Made by a program: the position numbers and the translations under genes
Part shown: one piece after another, positions 62,901 to 64,000 of the stretch
Position numbering within the stretch: position 1 is the stretch's first letter
How the letters are laid out: every line of letters begins with the position of its first letter
The notes under the pieces: model-generated
Database searches by the model: none
The model's input: the letters and a program-made list of their open reading frames with translations, nothing else
Told to the model about the DNA's origin: nothing
NCBI GenBank assembly: GCA_013115145.1
Contig: JAAPAO010000021.1
Location: 62,001 to 126,000 of the forward strand
Reading direction: 5' to 3'
Origin: Perkinsus chesapeaki ATCC PRA-425
Lineage: Eukaryota; Protista; Perkinsozoa
Length of the DNA stretch: 64,000 bases

Positions 62901-64000
62901 AGGAGAGATCGAACACTCGAAATTGTCTCGCACAGGCTACGGCGCGGACCAGAAGGCCACCACCATTGAATCTCGAGGAGGCACTCTGGATCTAAACAAG
63001 ACCTTTTCTGTTCAACCTTTTTCTTATAAGGGGCACTATACAAGGGCGAAGTCATTTAGTAGAGATATGTCCGGTATGGGCAGAGACTGCAGCTGTTGGC
63101 CTGTGCCTATGTCATGCACTTTAATACATGCTATAGAGTCGATTGATACAACTCGGTGAATATCTGAACAACGGAATCTGCGGTCTTCAGCCGGGCTCGT
63201 ACGGACCGTCAAGACCCGGCACATCCGGCAGGACCTCCACTGCCTGTATTGGTGCTTGGTGGGACTTGATTGAGCTCAACGGTTCAGAGTAATACGGGTT
63301 CCATACCTACTTCAGGTAGGTGCGAGCCAAGCTTACGGGAACAAACTAACCAGGATGGAATAGTCGAAGCCGCCACTTAGGAGGCACACGTTCGTGGGGT
63401 TATTATTGCTGCTACTGAAGGTCATACAAGTGACTGCTCTCGTGTGGCCCATCAGCACCTAGAGCGGTGGTAGTAAAGGGCATGAGCAAGCACTGCCACG
63501 CTACACGCTTTCGGCAGCCTGAATAGGCATCCCAGAGCACTATTAAATTATTAAGACCGCAGCTGGCCAGGAGGCCGATGGCTGGCAGCTCCATCAAGCA
63601 CGTCACCTGAGATCGATAAGAATGAAAGCCGTGAAGGCCTTATAGAAGCAACACAGGCTTCTCGCTGGGGTCCACAGATTGCCTAGGGATAAGGCGGGCC
63701 ATGCGGGGGGTTAAACTGACAGGGTAAGTAGTGATAGCAAAGGCTGTAATGTAGTCTTACCCACGGTACTCTGGCCTTGGCGAAGTACTCCTGCTCCTCG
63801 CCGCTGCTGTGTAGTGCTTCAATGGCGATCCTTTCCGTAGCATCCACTGAATAGAAGCACATCTCAGTGGTGCAGTGGCGCACAAAAGAGGATCGCTGGC
63901 GTCGTCTTGGTTACTTGCCTGCGTCAGGAAGGCCCTGTGCCGGTCAGAATCGGACATTTGATCCCCCACGTTGGCTCGGGGCACACTCAGAGTTATGATT
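60000..64000 (-). CDS. Large WD40-repeat protein, many introns, 5' end beyond right edge; 3' end approximate
   Basis: LLASCGLNNLIVLWD, LMGHTRAVTCMTF, LFSASSDNRIKVHD, GHRSEITALCF..LLASADLHG, VTGDEEGCIKCWN, WRAHEEAISSVQV. Confidence 0.8.

Overview
Eukaryotic, gene-dense window (roughly 50% GC by eye) with many short GT-AG introns (about 25-60 nt), tiny intergenic gaps and flagellar genes. It is most consistent with a Perkinsus-like alveolate parasite (inference from gene style, not a database match). Recognisable genes: ATG4 (runs off the left edge), OPA3-like, a QT-repeat coiled-coil scaffold, LicD, a tandem pair of signal-peptide + bipartite-NLS proteins, a tandem pair of OCA2/P-protein-like transporters, a 7TM-LRR protein abutting tRNA-Thr(CGT), an HFxLG-repeat protein, an ATP-grasp-like protein, LST8, SDA1, a 2OG-Fe(II) oxygenase, cystathionine gamma-lyase-like, a tandem DCAF8-like WD40 pair, a syntaxin, a hidden 74-aa spliced microprotein, TMEM147, CFAP58, DUS2 and a WD40 gene running off the right edge. 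No CRISPR, rRNA or recognisable transposon was seen. The most striking signal: in both the transporter and WD40 paralog pairs, otherwise well-diverged copies share a 220-250 bp (near-)identical tract that is also sharply AT-shifted at silent and intronic sites, suggesting homology-linked conversion plus GC-to-AT mutation. Exon boundaries were inferred by eye, so gene coordinates are approximate.
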